Below, one piece after another: positions 25,500-38,705 of a stretch of 64,000 bases of DNA. The stretch is from Octopus vulgaris (lineage: Eukaryota). How positions within the stretch are numbered: the stretch's first letter is position 1; every line of letters begins with the position of its first letter. Where the stretch lies: contig OX597818.1 of assembly GCA_951406725.2 (NCBI GenBank), forward strand, positions 21,390,001-21,454,000. Direction: 5' to 3'. The position numbers and the translations under genes are program-made. The notes beneath the pieces were generated by a model. The model was not told the DNA's origin, ran no database searches, and saw only the letters and a program-made list of their open reading frames with translations.

Positions 25500-26730
25500 T
25501 AATGATTTCTAACTCTGGCACAAAGCCACAAATTTGTAGGGGAGGTGTGTGTGTGTATGTATTAGTTGATTAGCATTGACCCCAGTATGTTACTGGGATT
25601 TATTACTTTTTACAAACTTTGGATGAAAGAAAGGCAAAGTGAAACCAGGTGCATTACATCGAGGAAACTAAATACCATTTCTGCCAATAATAAAAACGAT
25701 AGTAATGACAATCCCTTCTAATAAAGGCACAAGGCCTGAAATTTTAGGGGAGTGAATAAGTTGATTACATTGACCCCCAGTATTTGACTAGTTATTTTTT
25801 CAACCTTGAAAAGATGAAAGGCAAAGTCAGCCACAATGGAAATTCAACTCAGAATTTAAAGAACTTGAAGAAATGTCACTAAGTATTTTGCTGTAGGTGC
25901 TAACAATTCAGCCAGCTGATCACCTGAATAATAATAATAATAATAATAATAACCATAATAGGTTCTGATACAAGTACAAGGCCTAAAATTTGAGAGAAAG
26001 GATTAGTCAATTACATCAACCTCATGTACTCGACTGGTACTTAATTTTATCGATCTTGGAGGAATGAAAGACAAAGTTGACCTTGCAAGGCAATTTTTCT
26101 GGTGTTTTAATGATTTTGCCAGTTTGTTGTTCTCAGAAATAATAGTGATGATGATGATGATGATAATAATAATAATAATAATCAGATTGGTTTTTGGTGC
26201 AGCTTCCAGTCAAACTGTCCAACCCATGCCAGCATGGAAAATGGATGCTAAATGATGATGATGATGAATAATGGTTTCAAATTTTGGCACAAGGCCAGCA
26301 ACTTCGGGGAGGGTGTAAATAAATTACATTGATCCCAGTACTCAACTGGTAGTTAATTTAATGACCTTGAAAGGACGAAAGGTAGAGTCAACCACAGCAG
26401 AATTTGAAATCAGAACATAAAGATGGAGGAAATGTTGCTCAACATTTTACTCAGCATGCTAATGATTCTGCCCATTTGTTGCAATAATAATAATAATAGT
26501 AATGATAATTATTATCATCACCATCGTTATTATTAAGGTGGCAAACTGGCAGAATTGTTAGCATGTTGGACAAAATGCTTAGCAGTATTTCGTCTGTCCT
26601 TATGTTCTGAGTTCAAATTCTGCCAAGATCAATTTTTGCCTTTCATCCTTTTGGAGTTAATACAATGAAGTAACAGGCTTACCCACTTCCCCATTACAAT
26701 TTTAGGCCTTCTACCTATAGGGGAAAGAAT
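25500..26730. mobile_element. Cluster of degenerate tRNA-derived SINEs separated by (AAT)n/(GAT)n
   Basis: Repeated ggcacaaggcc...cattgacccc...gaaaggcaaagt modules (minus orientation) and a plus copy at 26536-26730. Confidence 0.8.
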
Positions 26731-27163
26731 TATTATTTGGAGTCAACAAGGTTAAACAAATGTGTCAAACTGCTAGAAATAGTAGCTATCTCCCTCAAAT
26801 TTTAAACAATTTAAGGACAAGAGTATAGTTGATTGTATTAATCCTAATATTTTTGGGAGGATGAAGCTGAACTCATTGGGATTTGAACTCAAAACATAAG
26901 GGCCATAACTAAATACTACAAGTGATTTTATCTCGCATTTAATAATAGTAAACAGCATCTAAAGAACTCAAAGACCTTTAAAATTTAACCTTCTAATGTG
27001 GCAAAAAGAATATGAAGAGAGCTGATATTGCTGTAGAAAAAAAAGCAATGTGAAATAATTGATATTTCAGCACATAAAGACATGGGGGAATGATATCATG
27101 GAATAAGAAACAGTTGAGTGTGTCAGAGTCTTAAACAAGAGATTATAAATATGTGGTTTTTAA

Positions 27164-27364
27164 CCCCTTAGCATTTAAACCAACCTTTTCTACCTGTTTT
27201 ATGTTAAAAGCAACCAGATCTGACCTCTAACCTTTATTATGTTATTCTAAAAATAAACAACCACATCACCGAAATCTCAAAGGTATGAGATAATGCATGA
27301 TTAATTCAAAACAATGTGAATAAATGGATATGACACTTGACAGAGTAATCTGATTGCTAAAGGG
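27164..27364. mobile_element. piggyBac-type MITE family B
   Basis: TTAA TSD, CCCCTTAGCA...TGCTAAAGGG, internal homology to 3303. Confidence 0.88.
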
Positions 27365-29911
27365 TTAAAGAAGATACATGTAATACTGAAAGTGACAGAA
27401 TCTTTGAGTATGTTCTTTAATAGGCTAGACAATTAGTGAACTAAAATAGGAATCTACAAACCCATCGCACTACTTTATTAAGAAGACAGCTAGAACACAT
27501 ATCAAGATTGTTTGAAATTTAAGATAAAGTATCACTTAAATTGAGTACTTTAACATTAAAAATTATGAAATAGATTTTTTCCATCCCCCTAAAGGTACCA
27601 CTCTCTGGTATAAGATCATTAATAGTTTCTAACATAGGCCACACATTTAGGACGAGAAGAGATATAGTCAGATCAATCCTAGTACTTGATTAGTGCTTTA
27701 TTTTATTGAGCTTAGAAAGTTGAAAGGCAAAGTTGACTGAGGCAGGATTTGACCTAGGAACATAACTAAATATTCGAAGTTCCACTCATTTGTATGACTT
27801 AAATAAAAGGAATGACAATGATGATGATGATGATAAAAATAATTACAACAATAATAATTTCTTTTAACTTTAATAAACTGGGTTCCTATTTAAGGAAAAA
27901 AACAAACAAAACAAAACAAAAATTTCAATTGCATTGTCTTTTACTGGTTTTACAGTTGTGGCTGTACTGTGAAACCATCTTTCCAAATATGCTGTGTTGG
28001 AAATTTCCGAAGAAAAAAAGAAAAAAGTGTAAAGTGTTACAAGAAAATGGTTAGAAGTATTTATGTCAACCCAAATATACAATGGGTTATATTAGAAAAC
28101 AGTGTTTAGGTTATTAAAAAGGAAAAATTACAAAAATTTCATAATTAGAAATCCATACATCATGTACCAGTGATAAAGATATATACATTTGCAAAATTCT
28201 AACATTTTGTCAGAGAAGCTGTTTGAGTCTTACTTTAACCATTAATACCAGGAATTTTACCCAAAGTACAAGACAAAGAATTATAAAAAAATAGTTCACA
28301 TACAGAAGCACTTCAAAGATGTGGGCAGAATTCTTGGAGAGTTTATGCAAATAAGTAAAGTAATGGAATATTTTGGATTTTTCTCTTTACTTTTTTTTGT
28401 TTTAAAAACTAAATATTTTGTCGAAATTCAGCTGCCTTTTATTATCGTTATTATTGCATGTAGGGCGGTGAGGAAACTAAGTCAATTATACACACTGTTA
28501 TGTATTTATAGTGTATGGGAGGTGAATGTGAAAGAGAGAAAGTGTGTGAGTGTGTGTAAGAGAGAGAGGGAGAGAGAGAGAGAGAAAAGTATGTGTTGTG
28601 TTGATTGCCAAAAAGCTAAGTTTTCTATTACAGTTCTAGTTGAAATAACTTAACATTTCAATGTTTTACACAGCATTAGCAAATGCTTACAAGACCTTTC
28701 AGATGAATCACTACCATAACATTTATCAGGCAATGTTTATTATCATCATTAGAGTATTGGACAAAATGCCTTGTGGTATTCAGTTACAGGTCTTTATATA
28801 TGAGCTCAAATCTTGCCAAGATCAACTTTGCCTTTCCACCTTGTGGGGTTAATACAATAATGTATGAGTCAAGTATTAGTTTTGATATAACTGACCATTT
28901 CTCTCCCAAAACATTACTGGCTCTTGAGTCTATATTACAAACAATTATTATTATTATTATTATTAGATTGCGCATCAGTGTAAATCATATTACAGTATTG
29001 TTATTAGAGTGTTTGTGCTGTTCAGAGAGAGTCAGCATCTTTTATGGCAGTACATCTCTTTTGGTTTGTGTCCAAATCTCACTTGTGGCATCAAGAAGAT
29101 GTAGCATGCAAACTAAGCATACCCTGGCAAACCATTTTGACAGGAGTAAAGCAAGTGAGGGTAGCCTTCAAGTCTTAAAACATTCATTAAGTTATAGATT
29201 GTGCCTACTTGATCATGTACATTTTGATTCTGGTGGCTAACCCAACAGACAATAAGGCAGTTTGAATGTTAAGAGACATTAATTCACAAGACACATTAGA
29301 AGTCCTGGTCATCCACTGCATCCAGACCTATCTCAAACTGTCTTGACTTCTGGATCAAGATAGGTTTGGAGAAAAGGCGAGGTAGATGTTGTACAATGTT
29401 CTTTCACTTAAATCTAAATCAAGCATATATCATAAGATGTCATTGTTGTATGGATGGATGAACAAATCTCATTAGGATCAGTTTTGGCTTTCAACATTCT
29501 AAGGGTAATGAAATGAGTACCATTAAGGGAACATTTAATTACATAAATTCTAGAAACAGGATGGAAGATATAATATTAATCTTGAAAGAATGAAGAGCAG
29601 AGTTGATTTGAGCGAGGATTAAAAGAGAACCAAATTCCACAAAGAATTTTTGTGTGATGCTTTATTGATCCTGCTACCTGTGTAAACAACAAAAAATAAT
29701 ATTATGAATAAATGAATAAAGAAATCATTGTTGCTACATTCATTACATAGTCATTATCTTAGTTCCTCTATGCTTTATTATCTACTTTTGGAAATTTTAA
29801 AAGACCAAAATAGCAACAACCTCAAAAATGGAAAGAAAAAAAAGCGGGTAGATGTAGGGAATTTATTAATACTGTTAGGAAAGGAGTAAAGAGAGATAGA
29901 TAGACAGTAGT

Positions 29912-29942
<31 letters not shown>

Positions 29943-30503
29943 AAATCATTTTGTGAGAAAAGTTAAGTGGCAAAATATAGCATAATAGCATAAACATGAA
30001 AGTAAGAAAAATAACATTAATTCACAGACATTGCTTTTGTTTGTCTGCTGTTATACTTGAACCATAGCTTTTACACACACACACTTAACATTACTTGTAA
30101 TTTATAATGGTGTCCCCCACTCCACTGTTTTTTAGGGCACAAGGCCTAGTATATTTTTTAAAAGAGAATGGAGGGGGGAGGATGGCAAGTTGGGAGGGTC
30201 ATGCCTTTCCAAAAAGCATCAGTGCTTGTAAGTGAAGCAATATTGCTCCAACTGAAAAATTAAAGCTAGGTTGTAGTTTTCAGCTTATTGGGAGCTGTCC
30301 CCTTTGCCTTGTTCCCTTGCCTATCATTGAACAGTTAAAAAAAAATGTGGGATAGAGTTAGAAATAACATTTTATTTTTTACATGGGTTAGGCACCATAA
30401 AATCACTACTTATAGGGAATGTGTACAGTTAATTAAAATGACTGCAATATATCATTACCTTGGTCAATTTAATTAATATATTTTATTTGCATTAGAAGAA
30501 CTA

Positions 30504-30745
30504 TTGGGTTGGTGCATAATTATTGCAGTTGTTTTTCAACAAATTTTATTCAACAAAAACAATAACAATATTTAACAAAAACATCTTTAAATGACGGTCT
30601 GACCGCCTGCCAAGCAAATGGGAAGCAGTTATTGAAGGAGATGGTGAATATGCTCTGAAATAATCATTTAAAGATGTTTTTATTACGTGTTTTTGTTGGA
30701 TAAAGTTTATTGAGAAAAAGCCACAATAATTATGCACCAACACAA
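30504..30745 (+). mobile_element. Tc1/mariner MITE-like remnant with transposase C-terminus
   Basis: TA TSD at 30502-30503 and 30746-30747, TIR TTGGGTTGGTGCATAATTATTG. 30601-30663 encodes DRLPSKWEAVIEGDGEYALK*, the mariner LPxRW...GxY C-terminus. Confidence 0.88.
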
Positions 30746-30902
30746 TAGTTGCACTTAAACTCAGAATATAGAACGATGAAGCTAAATATGTGTAAAGGTG
30801 TAAAGTCTAATACTTTATCAGTTCTGCCAACTCATCACTCCAGGATAGTTTTTAAAATGTTACTAGCATAAAACAATAAAAATGGTTGTTTTTTTTTTTT
30901 AA

Positions 30903-31083
30903 CCCTTTAGCATTTAAACTGGCCACATCTGGCCTAAATATTCTTCCAGCTTTATGTTCAAATTGGTCAGATATGGCCTCTCTCACCTACTCTACAATGT
31001 CACTCTGAAAATATATACAATCACAACATTGAAATCTCAAAGTTATGAGATAAATTTGACAGAGTAATCTGATTGCTAAAGGG
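30903..31083. mobile_element. piggyBac-type MITE family B (internally deleted)
   Basis: TTAA TSD, CCCTTTAGCA...TGCTAAAGGG. Confidence 0.88.
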
Positions 31084-32524
31084 TTAAAATGATTTTCCTT
31101 CCTTTCAATTCAATGTCTGATTGTACAATGATATTGTGTATGTATGAAAAAAAACTAGGAACATTTTAATGAATAAAGAAATAAATATCTCATTTGAAAA
31201 GAAGACAGTTTATGTTTGGTTAATAAATAAAAGATGATGTGTGTGTGTGTGTGCATGTGTGATCCCAAATCTGCATAAATATACTTACACATTTATTATT
31301 ATTTAGTGTATATATATGTTCTCAAAAGTGATTTGAGAAAAAAGGCTGAAATTTGAGACAAAATGATCAAATGTTTGACAATGACAAGAGTTAAGGGGGG
31401 AAAAAAATTTCTTCTTGAACCACTGACAATATCTAGTAAATTCCAGACAGTCTAAAATGACTGTACTTAAAATCTACTGAAAAAAAAAATAAAAGGAAAA
31501 AAAGAAAAAGAAAAACTCTCCCAAATCTTCAAACTCAACACAAAATATTTTAAATTTAATTATTTATTATTGTTCTTTATAATAGTTTTTATACCTTGTG
31601 TTGATGCGTTTTGTTATTTAAAAAATGTTTTTAACTGTTTCTACAATAAGAAAAATATATGAAGTTGTTCTTGTTAATGGCAAGAGAAAAGTTATTCAGT
31701 AAAGCAAGACAAATTAAATGGTATTTGATGTCCACGATGATCATATCAAGAAGACGACAGAGGACGAGAAAATGAAGAAGATGAAAAAAAAAAATGAGAA
31801 CAGCAAGCTTTTTGCTAGTTGAAAGGAAAATTATATGGTTGAAAACTGAGCAACATTTTTGAAATGAATCTGAAAACTGGTAAATACATCAAATTTCCTT
31901 TATGTTTATGAAAAATAAATAGTTATCATGATAGTGCCAAATGACCAGAACACAAAGAAAGCTTATTGATAGACTTGAGATCATTTTTTTAAATACTTTT
32001 TCTGTTTGTTTGCTTTAACCAGGAATGGAATTTTCACATCAGGGTTATTTTTCTTTTTTTTTTTTTTTGTTTCTGTTCTGTATTTTCTCCAACATTCTTT
32101 CTTTTCTTTCGGCTTCAAATTTCAGAGTGATTAAAGTGAGATTAGTTTTATTGTGAAATGTGTGTGTGTATGTGTGTGTGCATGTGAGTGTATGTATGTG
32201 CATGTGTTTGGATGAGAGAAATAACACCCATAATTGAAAAGGAATTTGGAACTGAAATTCTAATAAAAGTTTCCATATATTTTATGGTTTTAAATTTCAA
32301 GTTTCTTGTCAAATTTCAAATTTCAGTTTTTAAAGACCATTGTTTTCCAATCCCATACACGCTCACACACATGCACAAATACATCTCCACCGGATTTTTG
32401 GTTGACATTAAAGGTTTATCAGTCTGAAAGTTCGAACTGTACGAAAATCTGGGAAAAAAAAAATACCAAGAAAAAAAAAACCCATAAAACTTGAAATCTG
32501 CATCTTTGTTTTGCATCATCTTAC

Positions 32525-32664
32525 TCAGCTTTGTTCCATAGAATTTTCTTCTAAAGCATTTAACAACATCTCAGCTCCAGACCGGACCTTTTCATTTTCA
32601 TGAGATGTCAACTGTTTTGCCAGATCAGGGATTCCAGCACACATCAGTTCCTCGCGTAAATTAC
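32525..32664 (-). CDS. RAP1GDS1: RAP1GDS1 last coding exon (GNLREELMCAG...EENSMEQS*)
   Basis: tttgcag acceptor, phase 1, TGA at 32527-32525. Confidence 0.88.
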
Positions 32665-32812
32665 CTGCAAAGAAATGTGAAAACAAAATAAAAATCGTCA
32701 TTAGTGTTTTAATGTCTGCTTTTCAATGCTTGTCTGGGTCGAACAGGACCCATCAGGGTAGATTTTCTACAGCGAAATGGTCTTCTAGTTGCCAACTCAC
32801 CTGTTTCTAAGC

Positions 32813-34771
32813 ATGTAGTCTAGGATGTTTGTATGCAGGTGCTCTACTGATTCTGCAACCCACTGTACAGATGCTGCCATCACCACCACCAATAATAATA
32901 ATAATGATAGCTGTTTCTAAGAGGTAAAGAACTGTGAGGGAGGGGAGGCTAGTGAAGACCACATCTCCTAATACAACCCCAGAGAGATGAAAGAATAATA
33001 ATTATCCTTTCTTTATTCTCCAAGTCCTGGACAGGCGATTGCAGGCAAACAGCTCTGCTTATGTGACTGTGATGTTCATTCATATTGAGCTTGCAATATC
33101 AGGACAAAGAGACAGAAACACATGGAAACACACACAGATAGCTATATGAAAGGCTTCTTTTCAGTTTTCACCTACCAAATAGTAGGAAACATTTATCCAA
33201 GGTGCTTCATAATAGAACTTGACCCAAAATCATGTGGTTGCAAAGATAACCTCTTAACCATACAGTCACACAAAATATCAACATTGCCCATGCAACAAGA
33301 TTTATCAGGTTTTACTCCTTTATTAGTCAGCCTCCTCTATTCCTCACACTTCATTAATGAAAATTTCTTTTCTATATTTATATATTAACAGCTGTAAAAC
33401 TAAAAGTGAAATAATGTGTAATGTCACAAAGCCAACACAAATGCTAGGTATATGAGTGATGATAATAATAGCTGCTTATATAGGCACAAGGGCTGAAATT
33501 TATTGGAGAGGAACAGTCAACACTTGTACTTTACTAATACTTAATTTATCAATCCTAGAAAGACGAAAGATAAAGTTAACCTCAACACATAAAGAGCCAG
33601 AAAGAAATTGATGCATTTTACAGATTATGATACATTCTGTTGCTCTGTAGAAACACTTCAGATGTTATCAGAATCTTGTGGGTCAGTGATACTCGGTGTA
33701 CACACTTAGAAATTTTTTCCACAAGCCATTCCAAGATCAAAATTGCTGCAAAAATAGCATAGTACTCAATCTCATTTTTCCTTAAAGGAGGAGTGTTAGG
33801 GCGGCGAGCTGGCAGAAACGTTAGCACGCCGGGCAAAATGCGAAGCCGTATTTCGTCTGCCATTACATTCTGAGTTCAAATTCCGCCAAGGTTGACTTTG
33901 CCTTTCATCCTTTCGGGGGCGATAAATTAAGTACCAGTTACGCACTGGGGATCGATGTAATCGACTTAATCCGTTTGTCTGTCCTTGTTTGTCCCCTCTA
34001 TGTTTAGCCCCTTGTGGGTAGTAAAGAAATAAGGAGTGTTATTGGTAAATGACTAATTTACCTTTGCCCTAATAGTTTCCAAGGCTTGTTTATAACTGAG
34101 TACATAATAGTAATGATTTCTAATAAAAATATTGGTGTAGGGGATAAAATCAATTTAATCAACTTTGAAAGATGAAAGGTAAACTTGATGTTGGTAGGAT
34201 TTGAACTCAGAATTTAAATAGCCATAACTAAATACCAAAAAAAATTTTAATATTTTATTGGTTTGGTTTGGAGAGAGGAGCTGAAGTGGGATTGATATGG
34301 CTGATGTTCTTAAACAATCATAAGTTAATGGCTGTACAAAAAATAGGGATGAGGAGAGAATTCCAATGGGCTGACATTCTGGGAAGGAAAGACTAAGAAT
34401 AAAGTGATGAGTGGATGAACTGTGGAGTTCAGCATGATATGAGTGATGAGAGGAGGAAAGACGAGGGAGTTAGGTGGGCATGAGAAGAGATCAACCAAGT
34501 CCTTGGAGTAGAGGCCATTATAGTAGAGTAAGAAGACAACCCATCTATGGATCAGAGGTTAGAGTATATTGTGAGTAATCAGGTTGAGTGGTATTTTTTT
34601 TTTATGTAGTCTAGGATGTTTGTATGCAGGTGCTCTACTGATTCTGCAACCCAATAATAATAGCTGTTTCTAAGAGGTAAAGAACTGTGAGGGAGGGGAG
34701 GCTAGTGAAGACCACATCTCCTAATACAACCCCAGAGAGATGAAAGAATAATAATTATCCTTTCTTTATTC
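32813..34771 (+). repeat. Local direct duplication: 32813-33018 recurs at 34604-34771
   Basis: Near-identical sequence apart from an internal ~38-bp deletion in the second copy. Confidence 0.9.
33799..34031 (+). mobile_element. Full-length young tRNA-derived SINE
   Basis: Pol III A-box-like TGGCAGAAACG and B-box GAGTTCAAATTCC. 10-bp TSD AGGAGTGTTA at 33789-33798 and 34032-34041. CpGs are retained. Confidence 0.92.
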
Positions 34772-35212
34772 CTTCATGTGGGATAGGGCAAACAAGATAC
34801 ATTTAAAAACGAAGGAAGAAGTGAAAAACATTAAATATGTCTGTATATATCGGTGTATAAATTTTTAATAGTGAAATACACAGATAATATGAAAGATTGC
34901 TATGTGAACTTACATAATTGATTTTTTTCCCCCTTTAAAATCAAATTAAGGATATGGAAGTTAAGAATGTTAACTATGTGATACTAAAGAACTGTAACAT
35001 CATGCATACTATACAAAGGTAATCTATACTATGTCAGTCTGATGCTCTGACAACTTGGCCACTTTGCTACCAATAGTGTATAACATCATAGCAATAACTG
35101 TGTAATGTAATAGCAATAACTTAGATCTTTCTCTGATTTTTATTATTTTCATGTCAAACTAATTTATTCTCACACCAACTCTAGTTATATTCAATGTTTA
35201 CTAGCCAATCTC

Positions 35213-35446
35213 TTATTTCTTTATTGCCCACAAGGGGCTAAACATAGAGGGTACAAACAAGGACAGACAAAGGGATTAAGTCGATTACATCAACCCCAGT
35301 GCGTAACTGGTACTTAATTTATTGACATTAAAGGGATGAAAGGCAAAGTTGACCTTAACGGAATTTGAACTCAGAACGTAATGGCAGGCGAAATACTGCT
35401 AAGCATTTCGCCCAGCGTGCTAACGTTTCTGCCAGCTTGCCGCCTT
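35213..35446 (-). mobile_element. Full-length SINE, inverted relative to 33799
   Basis: Reverse complement of the same family end to end. Confidence 0.92.
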
Positions 35447-36199
35447 ATTTTTTATTTTCTTTTTTATTTATTTTATTTGTTACCAGCCAATTTCTGTCAA
35501 TCAATTGATACTTTCACTTTTCTGTGACACTTCTGGTTCTCTATAGTTAAAAGAATGGATCAGATCTGTTCACCAGCCATCTGACTAAATGGGTCACAAA
35601 TCAGGATTAAAGAGTATGGGGTGTTTTTGCATTTCTATGCTAAAATACAAAATACAAAAGACATTTTTTTGGGTTCCTGTAAGTCAGACTGCCTCACAGT
35701 CACAGAAGACAAAATGGAAAATGTATTGTCCTGGAGGACAGTGAGGGACATATGCTGGAACAGCCACCCTGACTCATGCAGCTTGCATTTATGGATAGGC
35801 ATCTCTGCCCAATAGTGGTGAGCAGTGATATGGTTCGGGGGTGGGGAAGAACACTTGAGGTCTCTATTGCCACAGGCCCGACCATAAACTTGTAACAGAG
35901 AGACCGATACTTTGACAATTTGCTTTTCTTAGCCTCATGAGAAGCAGAGCCTAGGCAGGTAACTGTAAACACCAAAATTGACTGAAGTGATAAGCACTCT
36001 CTAACACACTACACCATTAACCTACTAACACACTGTATCCTACTCTTTAATAAGTACATCTAATTGCTTGATTGACATAAAATAGGTTCCACTTCCTACT
36101 GTATGGTTGAAAGGTTAGCAATATTAGAAGCACCCAGCTATAAAAAAAATTTATGTTTTGCACCATTTACTTTTGGGTATTTTTTTTCATTTATTTCAT

Positions 36200-36585
36200 T
36201 TATTTGTTTCAGTCATTTGATTGTGGCCATGCTGGAGCACTGCCTTTAGTCAAACAAATTGATGCCCAGGACTTATTGTTTGCAAGCCTAGTACTTATTC
36301 TATTGGTCTGTTTTTGCTGAACTGCTAAGTTACAGGGACATAAACGCACCAACATCAGTTGTCAAATGATGGTGAGGGGGACAATCACAGACACACACAC
36401 AAATATATACATACATACATATATACACACAACAGGCTTCTTTCAGTTTCTGCCTACCAAATCCCCACAAGGCTTTGGTCTGCCTGAGGCTATAGTAGAA
36501 GAAACTTGCCCTAGGTGCCATGCAGTGGAACTGAACCCGGAACCATGTGGTTAGGAAGCAAGCTTCTTACCACGCAGCCATGCTG
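36200..36585 (-). mobile_element. SINE family B (tRNA-like head, internal (CA/TA)n)
   Basis: Homologous to 47530-47790, 48073-48447 and 58750-59155. Confidence 0.85.
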
Positions 36586-38276
36586 TGTTGATGTACATTT
36601 TAATTTGAGATCTGGCAGGAGTTAACACTGTCAGTCATCCTTTGAGGGTGAGGAGTGTCAGAAAAATATCAGAAATATACAGAACTGAGTTCATAAATCT
36701 TTACCTTGTCAAAAGGAATAAATATTATGAATTCTAAAGGCTTAAAGCAACAGTAAATTTAAACATCTTCCGTACAATTAACCTAGCTAATTGTCTTTCA
36801 TTTAGCCCAGCTAATTGCTGTTTAGCAAACCCAATGAAATGTTATTAATTAGTCCAGCTAATTGTACTTGTAGCCAGATACTTACTTTGCATGTTAGAAA
36901 TCATTCCTGCACAAGCAAGAAGTGTACACTGGGTCAATTGTGGTGTAGTTGAAGAAGCTAAAACAAAGAGAAACACAATATGAAATTCATATTAAAAGAA
37001 GATATTACAAATTACATAAGATCAGAGGGGGGGGGGGAGAGGAAGAAGCAGACACAAAGAGAAACACTAATACAAAAATGGAAGAACATGAAAATTGTTG
37101 GCATCTTTTGTTGTTAATCTGCATTTCAAAATGAAAGAAAGTGAATGAAAAAAAAAACGCATATGAATTCATATGGATACGTGTTGTACAATAGATCAGT
37201 TATTTCTTCTAATTTCAATACACGTTTTCAAACAATGTACCATTTTTTATAGAGATTTCTTTGCAGCAATCTTTGCAATGTTTATTGCCAATGTCCATAA
37301 TCACCATGATTTTGCCTTACAGCACTCTTTCCATGAATGCATGCATCACATATTTAAAGAGAAAATAACAATCTCATTTATGTCAAGAATTCTATTTCAA
37401 GACCATTGTTCATAATTTCCAAATGAATTCTTCATAAATTATATTTTGAAATATCAGTCTATATTTAGTCATGTCAGAAAGGATCAATTAAAAAAAAAAT
37501 GGCATGAAATTAGAGGTAATAACGACATAGTGCCAATTTCCAAAATGTAGGTGCAGGCATGGCTGTGCAACCATGTGGTTTCTGATTTAGTCCTACTGCA
37601 TAGTACCTTGGATAAGTGGTTTTTACTATAGCCCTAGGTTGACCAATGTTTTGCGAGTGAATCTGGTAAAAAGAAACAGCATAGAAGACCAATATATCAT
37701 CAACATCATCATCGTTTAACGTCTGTTTTCCGTGCTAGCACGGGTTGGACGGTTCGACCGGGGTCTGGGAAGCCAGGAGGCTGCACCAGGCTCCAGTCTG
37801 ATCTGGCAGTGTTTCTACAGCTAGATGCCCTTCCTAACGCCAACCACTCCATGCCAGGGGAGGCTGGCAGCGGCCACGATCGGTTGGTGCTTTTTACGTG
37901 CCACTGGCACAGAAGCCAGTCAAGGCGGCGCTGGCATCCGCCACGCTCAGATGGTGCTTTTTACGTGCCACCGGCACAGTTATCACAACTACTACTATGT
38001 ATGTATGTATGTATGTGTGTTTGTTGTCCTGTGCACACACACACACGACTTGACAACCATGGTTGGTTTGTTTATATTCCCATAACTTAGCAGTTCAACA
38101 AAACAGTCTGATAGAATAAGTACTAGACTTAAAAGCAAATACTGGGCAGGATTTGCTTAACTAAGCCTTTTAAGGTGGTGCCCAAGGATGGCTGCAGTTC
38201 AATGACTGAAACAAGTAAAAAATAAAAGAAAAATGAAAAAAAAGTTGAAGAACAATACATGCATCTTCAAACAAAC

Positions 38277-38405
38277 CTGCTAGAACGATGGCTCGAGTTA
38301 AAGATAAGGTATTAGCAATGATATCAGGAAGTGTTTGTTGGTTCTTTAACAGAGTGGCAATTACTTCTATGAGGTCTGCTTCTTTCAAAGCCATAGCAGC
38401 TTCAT
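38277..38405 (-). CDS. RAP1GDS1: RAP1GDS1 exon (DEAAMALKEADL...TRAIVLA), 129 nt
   Basis: ttcag acceptor, gtttgt donor, phase 1 to 1. Confidence 0.9.
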
Positions 38406-38668
38406 CTGAAAGTAAAATTATTCAAATTTTAAACCTGAAAATAATTCTTAACATAAAAATTACATATTTTCTTTATTCATATATTCTTGTGGTTCTTTTA
38501 TATTTATTCAAATCCTCTATATTTATACATATTTTAATGCTTTCCCTTTTTAAAATATATTTTCTTACAACAACATAAATTTTTTATCCATGCACATTTT
38601 CTACAAGTATAAATATTTGCAGTTGAATATAACAGGTTATATGGTATAACAGATCAAAATAAATACAA

Positions 38669-38705
<37 letters not shown>

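Noticed and set aside
33799-33890. tRNA gene
   Set aside because: The A/B boxes belong to a SINE head. There is no cloverleaf, and a SINE body, tail and TSD follow.
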